64,000 bases of DNA from an uncultured Acidimicrobiaceae bacterium (GCA_947259365.1 CAMYMC010000021.1:59034-123033); one strand, 5' to 3'. Positions 35,619-45,844 are shown, numbered from the stretch's first letter. Notes: generated by a model not told the origin, from the letters alone. Translations and numbers: made by a program.

Positions 35619-36416
35619 CTACCCGCCGCCGAGGAACCCCGCCATGGCGTCGATGACCGCGTCGGGCCGTTCGACGTAGAGGTGGTGACCGGCATGGGGC
35701 ACGACGACCGTCACGGAATCGGAGATGGCTTCGGCGAGCGGAGCGGCGGAGGCGGGGCGCAGCATGCGGTCCTCCTCTCCGAGGATGAGAAGCGTCGGGC
35801 ATCGCACTCCGGCCGCGGCGTCGAGCGCCCCGGTGTACGCGGCGCTGGCCGTGAGGTCGACGTACAGCGCCTCGGGTGGCTCTGAGGCGAGGACCCGGGC
35901 ACCGCCGCCGTGGAGCCACAGTCCGGGCGTCTTGTGGCCTCCGAGCAGCGAGCGGCGCGAGAGGCTCCATTGCATCACCATCTCGTGCGCCCGCGCCGGG
36001 TCGTCCCGCGCCGCGGCGAGGAGGTCCGGGTTGACCGGCATCGCCGCTGCGGTGGCGACGAGCACGAGGTGGCTGACCGCCGCGGCGTGGGCGGCGGCGC
36101 AATGGAGGGCCACGGCAGAGCCGAGGCTGTGACCGACGAGGGCGGCGCGCTCCCAACCGGCGGCCGGTACCAGCTCTGCCGTCCAGCCGGCGATGTCCTC
36201 GACCGAAGCGAGGAGCGGGCCTTCGCTGCCGCCGTGACCGGGCAGGTCGACGGCGAGGACCGACCAGCCGTGGGAGGCGAAGTATCGCGTCTGGAGGGCC
36301 CACACCGTTCGGTTTGCCCCCGAGCCGTGGAGGAACACGAGCAGCGGCCGATTGGGGTCGAGCGGCCTTCCACCGGTGGTAGCCCGGACCCGCCTGCCGT
36401 CGACCTTCAGCTCCAT
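35619..36416 (-). CDS. alpha/beta-fold hydrolase
   Basis: GxSxG nucleophile elbow (VGHSLGS) and HGSGAN oxyanion region. ATG 36416 lies 1 nt from the metY stop. Track ORF trimmed by 14 codons. Confidence 0.75.
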   Translation of the reverse strand: MELKVDGRRVRATTGGRPLDPNRPLLVFLHGSGANRTVWALQTRYFASHGWSVLAVDLPGHGGSEGPLLASVEDIAGWTAELVPAAGWERAALVGHSLGSAVALHCAAAHAAAVSHLVLVATAAAMPVNPDLLAAARDDPARAHEMVMQWSLSRRSLLGGHKTPGLWLHGGGARVLASEPPEALYVDLTASAAYTGALDAAAGVRCPTLLILGEEDRMLRPASAAPLAEAISDSVTVVVPHAGHHLYVERPDAVIDAMAGFLGGG

Positions 36417-36417
36417 C

Positions 36418-37698
36418 TCACGACCTCTGTGATGCCCGCAGCGCCCTGCGGAGATCATCGACGAGATCGTCCACCGACTCGAGCCCGACGGAGAGGCGGA
36501 CGAGGTCTTCGCTGATGCCGGCGGCTTCGAGCTGGTCGACGCTCATCGTCGCATGCGTCGTCGAGGCGGGGTGGATGACGAGGGATTTGGCATCGCCGAC
36601 GTTGGCGAGGTGCGAGAAGACGGTGAGGGCCTCGATGAAGCGCCGGCCCGCCTCGCGGCCACCCTCGATGCCGAACGAGAAGATCGCCCCTGCTCCCTTC
36701 GGCAGGAGCTTGCGGGCAAGCTCGTGGTCGGGGTGAGCCGAGAGCTCCGGGTAGCTCACCCACGCCACCTCGTCTGCGGCATCGAGGAACGTCACGACGG
36801 CGCGCGTGTTGGCGACGTGGCGCTCCATCCGCACGGCGAGCGTCTCGATCCCCTGGAGGAGGTAGAAGGCGTTCGCCGGGCTCATCGACGCGCCGAAGTC
36901 ACGCAACCCCTCGACGCGGGCCCGGGTGATGAACGCCTGAGGGCCGAACTCCTCGGTGAAGGAGAGGCCGTGATACGACGGGTACGGCTCGGTGAGGGTG
37001 GGGAACCGGCCCGATGCTTCCCAATCGAACCGCCCGCCGTCGACGAGCACCCCACCGATGGCGACGCCGTGACCGCCGAGGAACTTCGTCGCCGAGTGGT
37101 ACACGAGATCAGCCCCCCAGTCGAACGGCCTGAAGAGGTACGGCGTGGCGAACGTGTTGTCGATGAGCAGCGGGACCCCGGCGTCATGTGAGATCGCGGC
37201 GACCTCGGGGATGTTCATGATCTCGAGCCCGGGGTTGCCGAGCGTCTCACCGACGACGAGGCGGGTCGCCGGCCCGATCGCATCCCGGATGGCGCCGAGG
37301 TCCCGGGCGGGGACGAGTGTCGTCTCGATGCCGAAGCGTGGCAGCGTCTGGACGAACAGGTTGTTGGTGCCGCCGTAGACGTTGCGCGACAGCACGACGT
37401 GGTCGCCCGCGTTGACGATCGTGGCAACGGCCAGCCAGAGCGCAGCCTGGCCCGATGCGGTCCCGACCGCCCCTACTCCGCCCTCGAGCGCGGCAACCCG
37501 CTCCTCGAGCACGGCGACGGTGGGATTCGAGATCCGTGTGTAGATGTGGCCCTGCCGCTCCAGGTTGAAGAGCCCTGCCGCGTGCTCGACGTCGTCGAAC
37601 AGGTACGACGTCGTCTGGTAGATGGGCACCGCTCTCGCCCCGAAGTCGGTGTCCGGGTGGTGCCCGGCGTGCAGGCTCAGCGTCTCGAAGTCGTACAC
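36418..37698 (-). CDS. metY: O-acetylhomoserine aminocarboxypropyltransferase (sulfhydrylase)
   Basis: Cys/Met-metabolism PLP enzyme motifs (IYTRISNPTV, HSATKFLGGHG). 426 aa. Confidence 0.9.
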   Translation of the reverse strand: MYDFETLSLHAGHHPDTDFGARAVPIYQTTSYLFDDVEHAAGLFNLERQGHIYTRISNPTVAVLEERVAALEGGVGAVGTASGQAALWLAVATIVNAGDHVVLSRNVYGGTNNLFVQTLPRFGIETTLVPARDLGAIRDAIGPATRLVVGETLGNPGLEIMNIPEVAAISHDAGVPLLIDNTFATPYLFRPFDWGADLVYHSATKFLGGHGVAIGGVLVDGGRFDWEASGRFPTLTEPYPSYHGLSFTEEFGPQAFITRARVEGLRDFGASMSPANAFYLLQGIETLAVRMERHVANTRAVVTFLDAADEVAWVSYPELSAHPDHELARKLLPKGAGAIFSFGIEGGREAGRRFIEALTVFSHLANVGDAKSLVIHPASTTHATMSVDQLEAAGISEDLVRLSVGLESVDDLVDDLRRALRASQRS

Positions 37699-37805
37699 CC
37701 GCTCCTCCCGGTCGTGGCGGCGCCGACCTTACCGGGGCCGTCGCGGCTTCGGCAGGTCCGGGCGTGCACCGGAGCCGCCGCAGCGGTGGCCCCGGTGCGT
37801 CGTCG

Positions 37806-40358
37806 TCACTCGTAGCCGATGGCCTCGAGAATGTTGAGTCTCGCCGCCTTCCTCGCCGGCCAGATCGCAGCGATCACGCCGGCAACCCCGGCGAGCACGA
37901 GGGCGATGAAGACCTGTCCGTAGGGGATGGCGAACTCGCCGAGACCCTGGTCCTTGAGGGCCTGGATGACGGCCCAGCCGAAGAAGATGCCGATGGCGAC
38001 GCCGAGGATGGCGCCGAAGAGGGCGATGATGACCGCCTCCCATCGCACCATGCGTCGCACCTGGCGCCGCACCATCCCGACCGCCCGCAGCAGTCCGATC
38101 TCGCGGGTGCGCTCGTAGATGGAGAGCGCCAGGGTGTTCGTGATGCCGAGGACGGCGATCATGACCGCGAAGAACAGCAGCCCGTTGAAGAGGGTGAGGG
38201 CGAGGTCGATCTGATCCTCAGCCTCGCCGACGATCTCCGACTTCGTCTGTACCTTGACGTTGCCGTAGGGCTCGGCGATCCCGTCGACGGCCTGCTGGGC
38301 GGCGGCGAGGGTGACTCCCTCGGCGGCATTGGCGAAGACGACGCCGTCACCGAGCACGGTGAAGTTGTCCTCGTACGTCTGGCTCGAGAAGTAGAAGTTG
38401 GCGAAGTCGTTTGCCTCGAACGCTCCTGCGATCGTGATCGGCACCACGCCGGTGGCGGAGAACTCGACGTCGATCGCGTCCCCCACCACCCAGCCCTCGT
38501 CCTCGAGCCGGGCCGTGGACACGAGCATCGAGTTCGCGGCATCGAGCGCGATGAGCGCATCGCCGACGGGTTCGAGGGCGAACACCTCGCCGATCGTCTG
38601 CGGCTCGATGGCGCCGATCAACTGGGTGGCGCCTTCGATCTCGACCCGGCCGAACTGGAGCGCAGAGACCGCCCCGAGCTCGTCGAGCTCACGCATCTCC
38701 GCGGTGAACGCAGGGCTGAACGGGGCGGGGAGCTCCGGGTCGGTCTGGCTCGTCGACTGGACGGTGAGATCGGCTGGGAACAGCTCGAAGATCGTCTCCT
38801 CGACTGATGCCTTCGTCGACGCAGCGAAGATCGTGAAGAAGGCGACGAGGGCGACTCCGATCATGAGCGCCGACGCCGTCGACGCGGTACGACGCGGCTG
38901 GCGCTTCGTGTTCTCACGGGCCAGCGTTCCGCTCACCCCGTAGAGCCTGGCGACGGGGCGGCCGATGAGATCGGCTACGGGTTGCGCGGCGAGCGGCGCC
39001 AGGATCGAGACGCCGATGAACATGACCGCGGCACCGGCGCCGACGAGGGCGATGGCGTTGTCGATGCCGCCGAAGAGCCCGATGAGAAGGCCGATGACGC
39101 CGAGTGACGTGATGGCCACTCCCCAGATGGTGCGGGTGCGGAATGACTTGCGCTTCGGTGTCAACAGGTCCTCGCGCATTGCCGCCACCGGCGGCACCCG
39201 CGACGCCCGGCGTGCCGGCAGCACCGCGGAGGCGACGGTGAGGACAACGCCGACGAGCAGGCCGACGACGATCGTCCTCGGCAGGAGGAGGAGCGAAGCT
39301 GCGGGGAGCCCGAAACCCACCGCGTTCATGAGTCCTCTGATGGCGAGCGCCATGCCGAACCCGAACGCGATGCCGACGACGGAGGCGAACACGCCGACGA
39401 GGACCGCCTCGAGCACGACGAGCCACGTGACCTGGCGCGCCGTGGCACCGACGGCCCGCATGAGGGCCAGCTCCCTCGTCCGCTGGGCCACGATGATGCG
39501 GAATGTGTTCTGGATGATGAACCCGCCGACGAAGATCGCAACGCCGGCGAACGCGAGCAGTCCGATGCTGATGAAACTGAGGCCCTCGTTGATCTGGTCG
39601 GCCTGCTCGTTCTGTTGGGTCTCGCCGGTGACGGCCTCCAACCCGGCGGGCAGCGCCGCTTCGATCCGGGTGGTGAGCTCGTCGCCGGACACGCCTTCGT
39701 CGGCGATGATCGAGATCGACGTGAACTCGTCCATGTAGCCGAACAGCCTTCGCGCCTCGTCGAGCTCGAACGCCGTCAGGGTTGCTCCAAGCAGACTGTC
39801 GGAGTCGCCGAAACTCATGATGCCGACCAGCTCGAACTGTTCCGGGCCGGCACCGGTGACGACCGTCACGAGGTCGCCGAGGGCGAAGTCGTTGTGACTC
39901 ACGGTGTTGGCGTCGATGCCGACCTCACCGGGCGCGGCCGGCGCCCGGCCGTTGCCCTCCTTGATCTTCAGCGGGTTCAGCGCGGCGGTCTCACCCCAGG
40001 AGAACCCGAGGGTGGGGGGCCCGTTGCCGCCGATGGGGCTGCCGTCCTTGCCGAGGATCTGGGCGGTGATGCTGCTCACGCCCCCCTCGGCATACTGGAC
40101 GCCCTCGACGGCGACCACGTCGTCGAGGACTCCGGCGGCGAATGGCTCCTCGAAGCCGGAGAAGTCGGCCTGGGTCTTGCGAACCGAGACGTCGATGCCC
40201 GAGAAGATGTCGTCGAGGAGCGTGTTGAACTGGCTGTTGATCGTGTCGGTGAAGATGAACGTCCCAGACACGAGGCTCACGCCGAGCACGATGGCCAGCG
40301 CCGTGAGCCCGAGCCGGACCTTGTGGGCGAGCACGCCCTTGATGGCGGCGCGGACCAT
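37806..40358 (-). CDS. ABC transporter permease, FtsX/MacB-type with large extracytoplasmic domains
   Basis: ATG at 40358, 2 nt after the ATPase stop. Two FtsX-like 4-TM bundles separated by periplasmic domains. The N-terminal 120 aa of the track ORF are Arg-rich junk. Confidence 0.85.
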   Translation of the reverse strand: MVRAAIKGVLAHKVRLGLTALAIVLGVSLVSGTFIFTDTINSQFNTLLDDIFSGIDVSVRKTQADFSGFEEPFAAGVLDDVVAVEGVQYAEGGVSSITAQILGKDGSPIGGNGPPTLGFSWGETAALNPLKIKEGNGRAPAAPGEVGIDANTVSHNDFALGDLVTVVTGAGPEQFELVGIMSFGDSDSLLGATLTAFELDEARRLFGYMDEFTSISIIADEGVSGDELTTRIEAALPAGLEAVTGETQQNEQADQINEGLSFISIGLLAFAGVAIFVGGFIIQNTFRIIVAQRTRELALMRAVGATARQVTWLVVLEAVLVGVFASVVGIAFGFGMALAIRGLMNAVGFGLPAASLLLLPRTIVVGLLVGVVLTVASAVLPARRASRVPPVAAMREDLLTPKRKSFRTRTIWGVAITSLGVIGLLIGLFGGIDNAIALVGAGAAVMFIGVSILAPLAAQPVADLIGRPVARLYGVSGTLARENTKRQPRRTASTASALMIGVALVAFFTIFAASTKASVEETIFELFPADLTVQSTSQTDPELPAPFSPAFTAEMRELDELGAVSALQFGRVEIEGATQLIGAIEPQTIGEVFALEPVGDALIALDAANSMLVSTARLEDEGWVVGDAIDVEFSATGVVPITIAGAFEANDFANFYFSSQTYEDNFTVLGDGVVFANAAEGVTLAAAQQAVDGIAEPYGNVKVQTKSEIVGEAEDQIDLALTLFNGLLFFAVMIAVLGITNTLALSIYERTREIGLLRAVGMVRRQVRRMVRWEAVIIALFGAILGVAIGIFFGWAVIQALKDQGLGEFAIPYGQVFIALVLAGVAGVIAAIWPARKAARLNILEAIGYE

Positions 40359-40360
40359 GG

Positions 40361-41113
40361 TCAGCTCCCCAGCTTCTTCATCTCGTCGAGCACCGTCTCC
40401 GGGGTCGGGTTGAAGATCTCGTGGACGATGGCGCCGTCGTCGAGGAAGACGATGCGGTCGGCGTAGCTGGCGGCGACCGGGTCGTGGGTGACCATCACGA
40501 TCGTCTGGCCGAACTCCCTGACCGCGGAGCGCATGAAGTCGAGCAGCTCGGCACCCGAGGTGGAGTCGAGGTTGCCGCTCGGCTCGTCGGCGAAGACGAT
40601 GTCGGGGCGCGACACGAGGGCGCGAGCAGCGGCCACCCGCTGCTGCTGGCCTCCGGAGAGCTCTGAGGGGCGATGGGTGAGGCGGTCGTCGACGCCGATC
40701 GTCGTGACGACCTGGCGGAACCACTCACCGTCCGGCTTCTGCCCCGCGATCGACAATGGCAGGAGGATGTTCTCCTCCGCGGAGAGCGTCGGGATGAGGT
40801 TGAAGGCCTGGAAGACGAACCCCACGCGGCTGCGCCGCAGCATCGTGAGGTCGCGGTCGTTGAGCGTGCCCAGCTCGGTGTCACCGATGAAGACGTGGCC
40901 TTCGGTGAGATCGTCGAGCCCGGCGAGACAATGCAGGAGCGTGGACTTGCCGGAGCCGGACGGCCCCATGATCGCCGTGAACTGGCCGCGATCGAAGGCG
41001 ACGGTCACGTCGTCGAGGGCGCGAACGGCCGCTTCGCCCTCGCCGAAGATCTTCGTCCCGTTCTCGATCCGGGCTGCGGTCACACCCAAGCCCGTCGCGG
41101 GTGATGCGGTCAC
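40361..41113 (-). CDS. ABC transporter ATP-binding protein (MacB/LolD-type)
   Basis: Walker A GPSGSGKST, signature LSGGQQQRV and Walker B IVFADEPSGNLD. GTG 41113 preceded by GAGGGAGG. Confidence 0.85.
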   Translation of the reverse strand: MTASPATGLGVTAARIENGTKIFGEGEAAVRALDDVTVAFDRGQFTAIMGPSGSGKSTLLHCLAGLDDLTEGHVFIGDTELGTLNDRDLTMLRRSRVGFVFQAFNLIPTLSAEENILLPLSIAGQKPDGEWFRQVVTTIGVDDRLTHRPSELSGGQQQRVAAARALVSRPDIVFADEPSGNLDSTSGAELLDFMRSAVREFGQTIVMVTHDPVAASYADRIVFLDDGAIVHEIFNPTPETVLDEMKKLGS

Positions 41114-41239
41114 GATGCCTCCCTCGACGATACGTCTGCAGTTGTCGGGTTGATCGTCCCGAACGCTACGCAGCGGCGGGGCCGTTGTCGTCGGTCGGGT
41201 GGCGGATTCGAGCCTCATCCGCAGGGATGACGGCCTCCG

Positions 41240-41914
41240 TCAGGGTGAGCCGGCTCCGGGGACGACGAGGCCGCTCTCGTAGGCGACGACGACCGCCTGG
41301 ACCCGGTCGCGCAGGTCGAGCTTGGTGAGGATGTGCGAGACGTGGGTCTTGATCGTCGTCTCACTCACGTAGAGCGCCGTGGCCATCTCGGCGTTGGACA
41401 TACCCTTGGCGAGGTGGCGCAGCACCTCCGTCTCCCTCTCGGTGAGGTCGGCGAAACCGGCGTGGGGCCGGGCGGCGCCGGGCCGTCTGGCAAACTCCTC
41501 GATGAGCCGCCTCGTCACCGACGGCGCCAGCAACGCATCGCCGCCGGCCACGATCCTCACCGCGTTCACGAGGTCGTCGGGCGGGGTGTCCTTGAGGAGG
41601 AACCCGCTCGCGCCGGCCCGGAGCGCGTCGTAGACGTAGTCGTCGAGGTCGAACGTCGTGAGAATGATCACGCGCGGCTGAGGGTCGAGGTCGGTCCGGC
41701 AGATCTCCTCGGTGGCGGCGAGCCCGTCCATCTCGGGCATCCGCACGTCCATGAGGACGACGTCGGGCCGTTCCCGCTTCGCCGCGGAGACCGCCTGCAC
41801 GCCGTTGTCGGCCTCGGCGACGACCTCGAGATCGGGTTCGGCCTCGAGGATCATCTTGAAGCCCGTCCGCACCAGCGCCTGGTCGTCGGCGACGACGACC
41901 CGGATGGTGTTCAT
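41240..41914 (-). CDS. NarL/LuxR-family response regulator
   Basis: Receiver domain (VVADDQALVR...VVLMDVRMPEMDG) and LuxR HTH (LTERETEVLRHLAKGMSNAEMA). ATG 41914 overlaps the kinase stop. Confidence 0.9.
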   Translation of the reverse strand: MNTIRVVVADDQALVRTGFKMILEAEPDLEVVAEADNGVQAVSAAKRERPDVVLMDVRMPEMDGLAATEEICRTDLDPQPRVIILTTFDLDDYVYDALRAGASGFLLKDTPPDDLVNAVRIVAGGDALLAPSVTRRLIEEFARRPGAARPHAGFADLTERETEVLRHLAKGMSNAEMATALYVSETTIKTHVSHILTKLDLRDRVQAVVVAYESGLVVPGAGSP

Positions 41915-43113
41915 GTGCCGATCGGGATGACGGCCCGGACCCGGTACCCGCCGCCGGCGCGAGGTCCGGTGGAGATGTCCCCTTCGAGCATGGAGACTCG
42001 CTCGCGCATGCCGACGATGCCGTGCCCCTCCCCGTTGCCGCCGCCGAGACCTCGTGCTGCTCCCCTCCCGTCGTCGATGACCTCGATCTCGAGGTCGGCC
42101 TCGCCGAAGGTGAGCCGGACGCTGGCTCGGACGGTCGGGCCGCCGTGCTTGAGCGTGTTGGTGAGGGACTCCTGGATGATCCTGTAGGCGTTGAGGTCGA
42201 CACCCGCAGGCAGCGGGCGGGGATCGCCGGCGATGGCGACTGAGACGGCGAGGCCGGCCTCTTCCATCTGGTCGACCAGGCCGCCGAGTCTGCCGAGGCC
42301 GGGCTGCGGAGCGAGCTCCGCCGGGTTGTCCTCGTCGCGGAGCAGCCCGAGCAACCGGCGCATCTCCTGGAGCGCCTCGTGACCGGACGTCTCGATGGTC
42401 GCGAGAGCGTCCTCGGCCTGGTCCGGGTCGCGGTGGACGGTCTTGCGTGCCGCCGCCGCCTGGATCGTCATCACCGTCATCTCGTGGGCGACCACGTCGT
42501 GGAGCTCGCGGGCGATCCTCCCCCGCTCGGCACGAACCGCCTCCGAGGCGCGGGCCTCCCGCTCGTGCTCGGCCCGCTCGGCCCGCATCGAGGCCGCCGA
42601 CTCGGCTCTCCGGCTCTCGTGGATGTCGCGCCCGAGGAGGAACGGCAGTCCGGTGAGAGCCGCGAGCGACACCGCCGACTCCCAGCCCACGCCCTCCTGA
42701 ACCGCAACTCCGAGCAGCGTGAAGCCGACGACGACGATGAAGCCGACGATGCCGGTGACGAGCGATGCCCGCCGTTCGAGGTCGCTCCCGGCGGCGTGGA
42801 AGGCGAAGCCGAGCGCGAAGAGGGCGAGGGTCGCCGGGTACTCGGCGAGGCGGTCGACCATGAAGGCGAGGATCGTCGTCGTCACCACCGTCGCCGGCAG
42901 CCGTCGCCGCAGCGCCAGCGGCAGGGTCATCGCCAGGGTGAGGGCGACGGCCCATCCGTCGGGCTCGCGGTGAGGCCCGATCGGCTCGGTCCCGACGAGG
43001 AGCTGGGCGATCCCGATCCCGGCGAGGACGACGGCGAACATCGCGTCGATCCAGTAGTTCGGGCCGCGTCTCTCCACGTCCTCATCGTACGGCCGGCCGC
43101 CGAGACGCCGCAT
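41911..43113 (-). CDS. sensor histidine kinase (HisKA_3 / NarX-DesK type)
   Basis: N-terminal TM helices. H-box ERGRIARELHDVVAHEMT. HATPase_c G-boxes (VIDDGRG, GHGIVGMRER). Confidence 0.85.
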   Translation of the reverse strand: MRRLGGRPYDEDVERRGPNYWIDAMFAVVLAGIGIAQLLVGTEPIGPHREPDGWAVALTLAMTLPLALRRRLPATVVTTTILAFMVDRLAEYPATLALFALGFAFHAAGSDLERRASLVTGIVGFIVVVGFTLLGVAVQEGVGWESAVSLAALTGLPFLLGRDIHESRRAESAASMRAERAEHEREARASEAVRAERGRIARELHDVVAHEMTVMTIQAAAARKTVHRDPDQAEDALATIETSGHEALQEMRRLLGLLRDEDNPAELAPQPGLGRLGGLVDQMEEAGLAVSVAIAGDPRPLPAGVDLNAYRIIQESLTNTLKHGGPTVRASVRLTFGEADLEIEVIDDGRGAARGLGGGNGEGHGIVGMRERVSMLEGDISTGPRAGGGYRVRAVIPIGT

Positions 43114-43161
43114 CCTGCGGGGGAACGATCCGCGTCTCGTTCGGGGGGAGGACGAGCGGAT

Positions 43162-43815
43162 TCAGCCGCTCTCGACGACGACGCCGTAGCGATGGCGCAG
43201 CTGGCGCCCCACCTCGCCCCTCCACTCGGCGTAGGGCCGGCCCGCCGCCGCATCCACCCATCGCGTTCGGTACCCGTGGCGGTCGGTGACGACGGCCCGC
43301 GGTCTGGGAGCTCTCGTCACGAACCTGGTGCCGAGGGGCATGCGACCGGGCAGGACGGTGAGCGGGCCGACGACCCTCGCATGCTGGGCCCGGTGGGCAC
43401 GATCCGTCTCGAGGATGTGTCCGGTCAGCTCGACGAACCCGGTGGCGATCGGCACGCCCCGGGGCACGAGGTCCAGCTGGGGCTCGACGAGCGCTCCCCT
43501 CGATGCGTAGATCCCACACGTGCAGTCCGGATCGGGGATGAGGCGGTGGTGACGGTCGACGGTGGGCCGCCCGGGGTGGCCGGTGCGATCCCAGTCCTGG
43601 ATCGTGCACTTGGCGTCGAGCTCGGCGCTGCGCCACGGGAAGCCGAAGAGCCCCGTGAGCAGGGGGACCGTGTCCCCGCCGGGGCGTCGCTCCGGGACGA
43701 TCAGCCACGTCCGCCACACGACGAGGGGTTCCCGGCTCGTCCGGACCGTCGGCAGCTCGGGCTCCGGCAACAGCACGTCGGAGCGCCGGTCGGGTCGGCC
43801 GATCATTCGCAGCAT
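43162..43815 (-). CDS. hypothetical protein
   Basis: High-GC3 frame. GGGAAG RBS before ATG 43815. Conserved-looking Cys/His cluster (CTIQDWDRTGHP...DCTCGIYA). No family assigned. Confidence 0.5.
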   Translation of the reverse strand: MLRMIGRPDRRSDVLLPEPELPTVRTSREPLVVWRTWLIVPERRPGGDTVPLLTGLFGFPWRSAELDAKCTIQDWDRTGHPGRPTVDRHHRLIPDPDCTCGIYASRGALVEPQLDLVPRGVPIATGFVELTGHILETDRAHRAQHARVVGPLTVLPGRMPLGTRFVTRAPRPRAVVTDRHGYRTRWVDAAAGRPYAEWRGEVGRQLRHRYGVVVESG

Positions 43816-43864
43816 CGTTCGCTTCCCGAGTCGTCCCGGGGCTGAGGGTATCAACCCGCAGCGG

Positions 43865-44533
43865 CTAGCGCGACGGGTCGACGACGGCGAAGGCGCGGAC
43901 GGGGAACGTTGCCAGGCCCTGGATGCGGGGCGGAACGGCGAAGAACCGGAACCCCTCGTCGGGGAGGGCGTCGAGCCGGGTCAGATGCTCGACGATGGGG
44001 ATGCCGGCGCCGAGCAGGTCGGTGTGAGCGGGCCGGGTCCCGTCGGCGGTGCCGTCGATGTTGAGCGAGTCGATGCCGACGATGGCTGGCCCGGCGGCGA
44101 CGAGGATGTCGACGGTGTCGGGGTGGAGGTGAGGATGGTCGGTGAGGTACGCCTCGGTTCCCCACCGTTCAGACCAGCCCGTGTCGAAGAGGACGGCGCG
44201 CCCGCCGAGGCCGTGCCCGGCGACGGCCTCGGGTCCGACGGCTCGCGCCTTCAGGCTGCGGCAGCGGATGACGACGCCGGGGACGTCGGCGACCGACGCC
44301 AGGTCGAGCCCGGTGAGATCCCAGCCACCCCGGTGGCGATGAGCAGGGGTGTCGAGGTAGGTGCCGGTGTTGGCGGCGAGCTCGATCCGGCCGATCTGGA
44401 ATTCCGTGCCGGGTGCATAGTGGGGCCGGGACTCGTCGAAGGAGAGGAACGTGGAGACGCTGGGCGGCGGGATGCCGGGGTACGTCGTCATCCCGTCGAC
44501 GATCGCGTGGCTGAGGTCGACGAAGCCTCCCAC
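43865..44533 (-). CDS. cyclase-family protein (kynurenine formamidase-like)
   Basis: Cyclase-family signature GTYLDTPAHR and overall length. Confidence 0.75.
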   Translation of the reverse strand: MGGFVDLSHAIVDGMTTYPGIPPPSVSTFLSFDESRPHYAPGTEFQIGRIELAANTGTYLDTPAHRHRGGWDLTGLDLASVADVPGVVIRCRSLKARAVGPEAVAGHGLGGRAVLFDTGWSERWGTEAYLTDHPHLHPDTVDILVAAGPAIVGIDSLNIDGTADGTRPAHTDLLGAGIPIVEHLTRLDALPDEGFRFFAVPPRIQGLATFPVRAFAVVDPSR

Positions 44534-44566
44534 TGCGCTCCTCCCGGCGGGTTCCTCGCACGATAG

Positions 44567-45820
44567 GTGGCTCGACCGGCCAGATTCCTACACCATCGGC
44601 CCGGAACCGTCGATGATGGGTCGGTGAGGTCTGCATCGCTCGCCGGGCCGGCCGGAGTCCTCGCCGGCGCCTTGCTCGTCGCCGCGGCGTGCTCGGGGGG
44701 CTCCACCGAGCCGACGGAACCGACCGCGATCGTCCCACCCCAGGAGGCGGCGCCGTCCTCGACGGCTCCACTCGCTGCGGAGCCGACGACGTCCGCCCCG
44801 ACGACGTCGGAGCCTCCGCCGCCGACCGAGCCACCACCGGTCCGACCGTCGCCCCTCGATGCCGCCCTCGACGACGTGTCCCTGCTGACGCTGGGGACTC
44901 GCCCGTCTGACCCGCCATCGGGCCGGTTCCGTATCGAACCCGGCCCCGGTACGTCCTACCTCATGCCGGTCGAGGGCCATTACTGGGCAACCGAGGCGGG
45001 CAACGTCTACACCAGCCTCGACGTCGACACGGGCGCTGTAGCTGCGGGAGTGACCCGCCTCGTGGGTCATCTCGAGCGCATCGGGGGCCAGCCGGGCGAC
45101 AGCGCCTACCTCGAGTCGCTCCGCAGCCACTATCGGGGCAACGAGTTCCAGATCGGCCTCGCCGCCGTCGTCCGCTGGATCGGGGCGGGGCCGCCACCGT
45201 TCGAGTGGATGGAGCAGTACGCCGGCTTCTCGGAACGGCCCGATACGCAGCCGCCGGAGATGACGGCGTGCCTCGACGGCATCGGCGCGTACGACGTCGC
45301 GCTCGGTGAGTTCGTCCGCGGGCTCGACAGAGTTCCGGTGCCGGCTGGCGATGGGTCCCGGTCGTGGCGTTTCCCGATGGAGCTGCTCGCCGACGAGCTG
45401 GCCGGGGAGATGGCGGCTGCGGCCGTGTGCGATGTCTTCGTCGAGACCGAGAACGGCGACATCGAGCTTCGCGTTGCCGTCTTCGAAGAGGCCGACCAGA
45501 TTCGGATCGAGGTGTTCGCCGATCGCGGCATCTACACCGATCGCGGCGAGGAGCTGGAGCTCAGGGTCGTCATGTCACCGGACGCGGCGGTGGACGACCC
45601 CCCCGAGGATCCCGACCCGGCGCCGTTGCTGACGTTGCGCAGCACCTATCTCGTTGCGGTCGCCGTCTGCGGCGAGCTGCCGTGGTCGTACTCGAACTTC
45701 GCCGCCGCCGACACGTACTACTCGCCCGAGAGCGGCTTCTACACGGGCCCGACGATCTTCGAGTCCGACTGGTTGTGCGCCGACGAGGTCCCCGAAGGGC
45801 GACGCGACGACGGGGAATGA
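44567..45820 (+). CDS. hypothetical lipoprotein
   Basis: Lipobox LLVAAACSGG and a Pro/Thr-rich linker. No recognisable catalytic motif. Start uncertain. Confidence 0.6.
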   Translation: MARPARFLHHRPGTVDDGSVRSASLAGPAGVLAGALLVAAACSGGSTEPTEPTAIVPPQEAAPSSTAPLAAEPTTSAPTTSEPPPPTEPPPVRPSPLDAALDDVSLLTLGTRPSDPPSGRFRIEPGPGTSYLMPVEGHYWATEAGNVYTSLDVDTGAVAAGVTRLVGHLERIGGQPGDSAYLESLRSHYRGNEFQIGLAAVVRWIGAGPPPFEWMEQYAGFSERPDTQPPEMTACLDGIGAYDVALGEFVRGLDRVPVPAGDGSRSWRFPMELLADELAGEMAAAAVCDVFVETENGDIELRVAVFEEADQIRIEVFADRGIYTDRGEELELRVVMSPDAAVDDPPEDPDPAPLLTLRSTYLVAVAVCGELPWSYSNFAAADTYYSPESGFYTGPTIFESDWLCADEVPEGRRDDGE

Positions 45821-45844
45821 CCCTGCGGTCTCAGCGGGCGGGCG

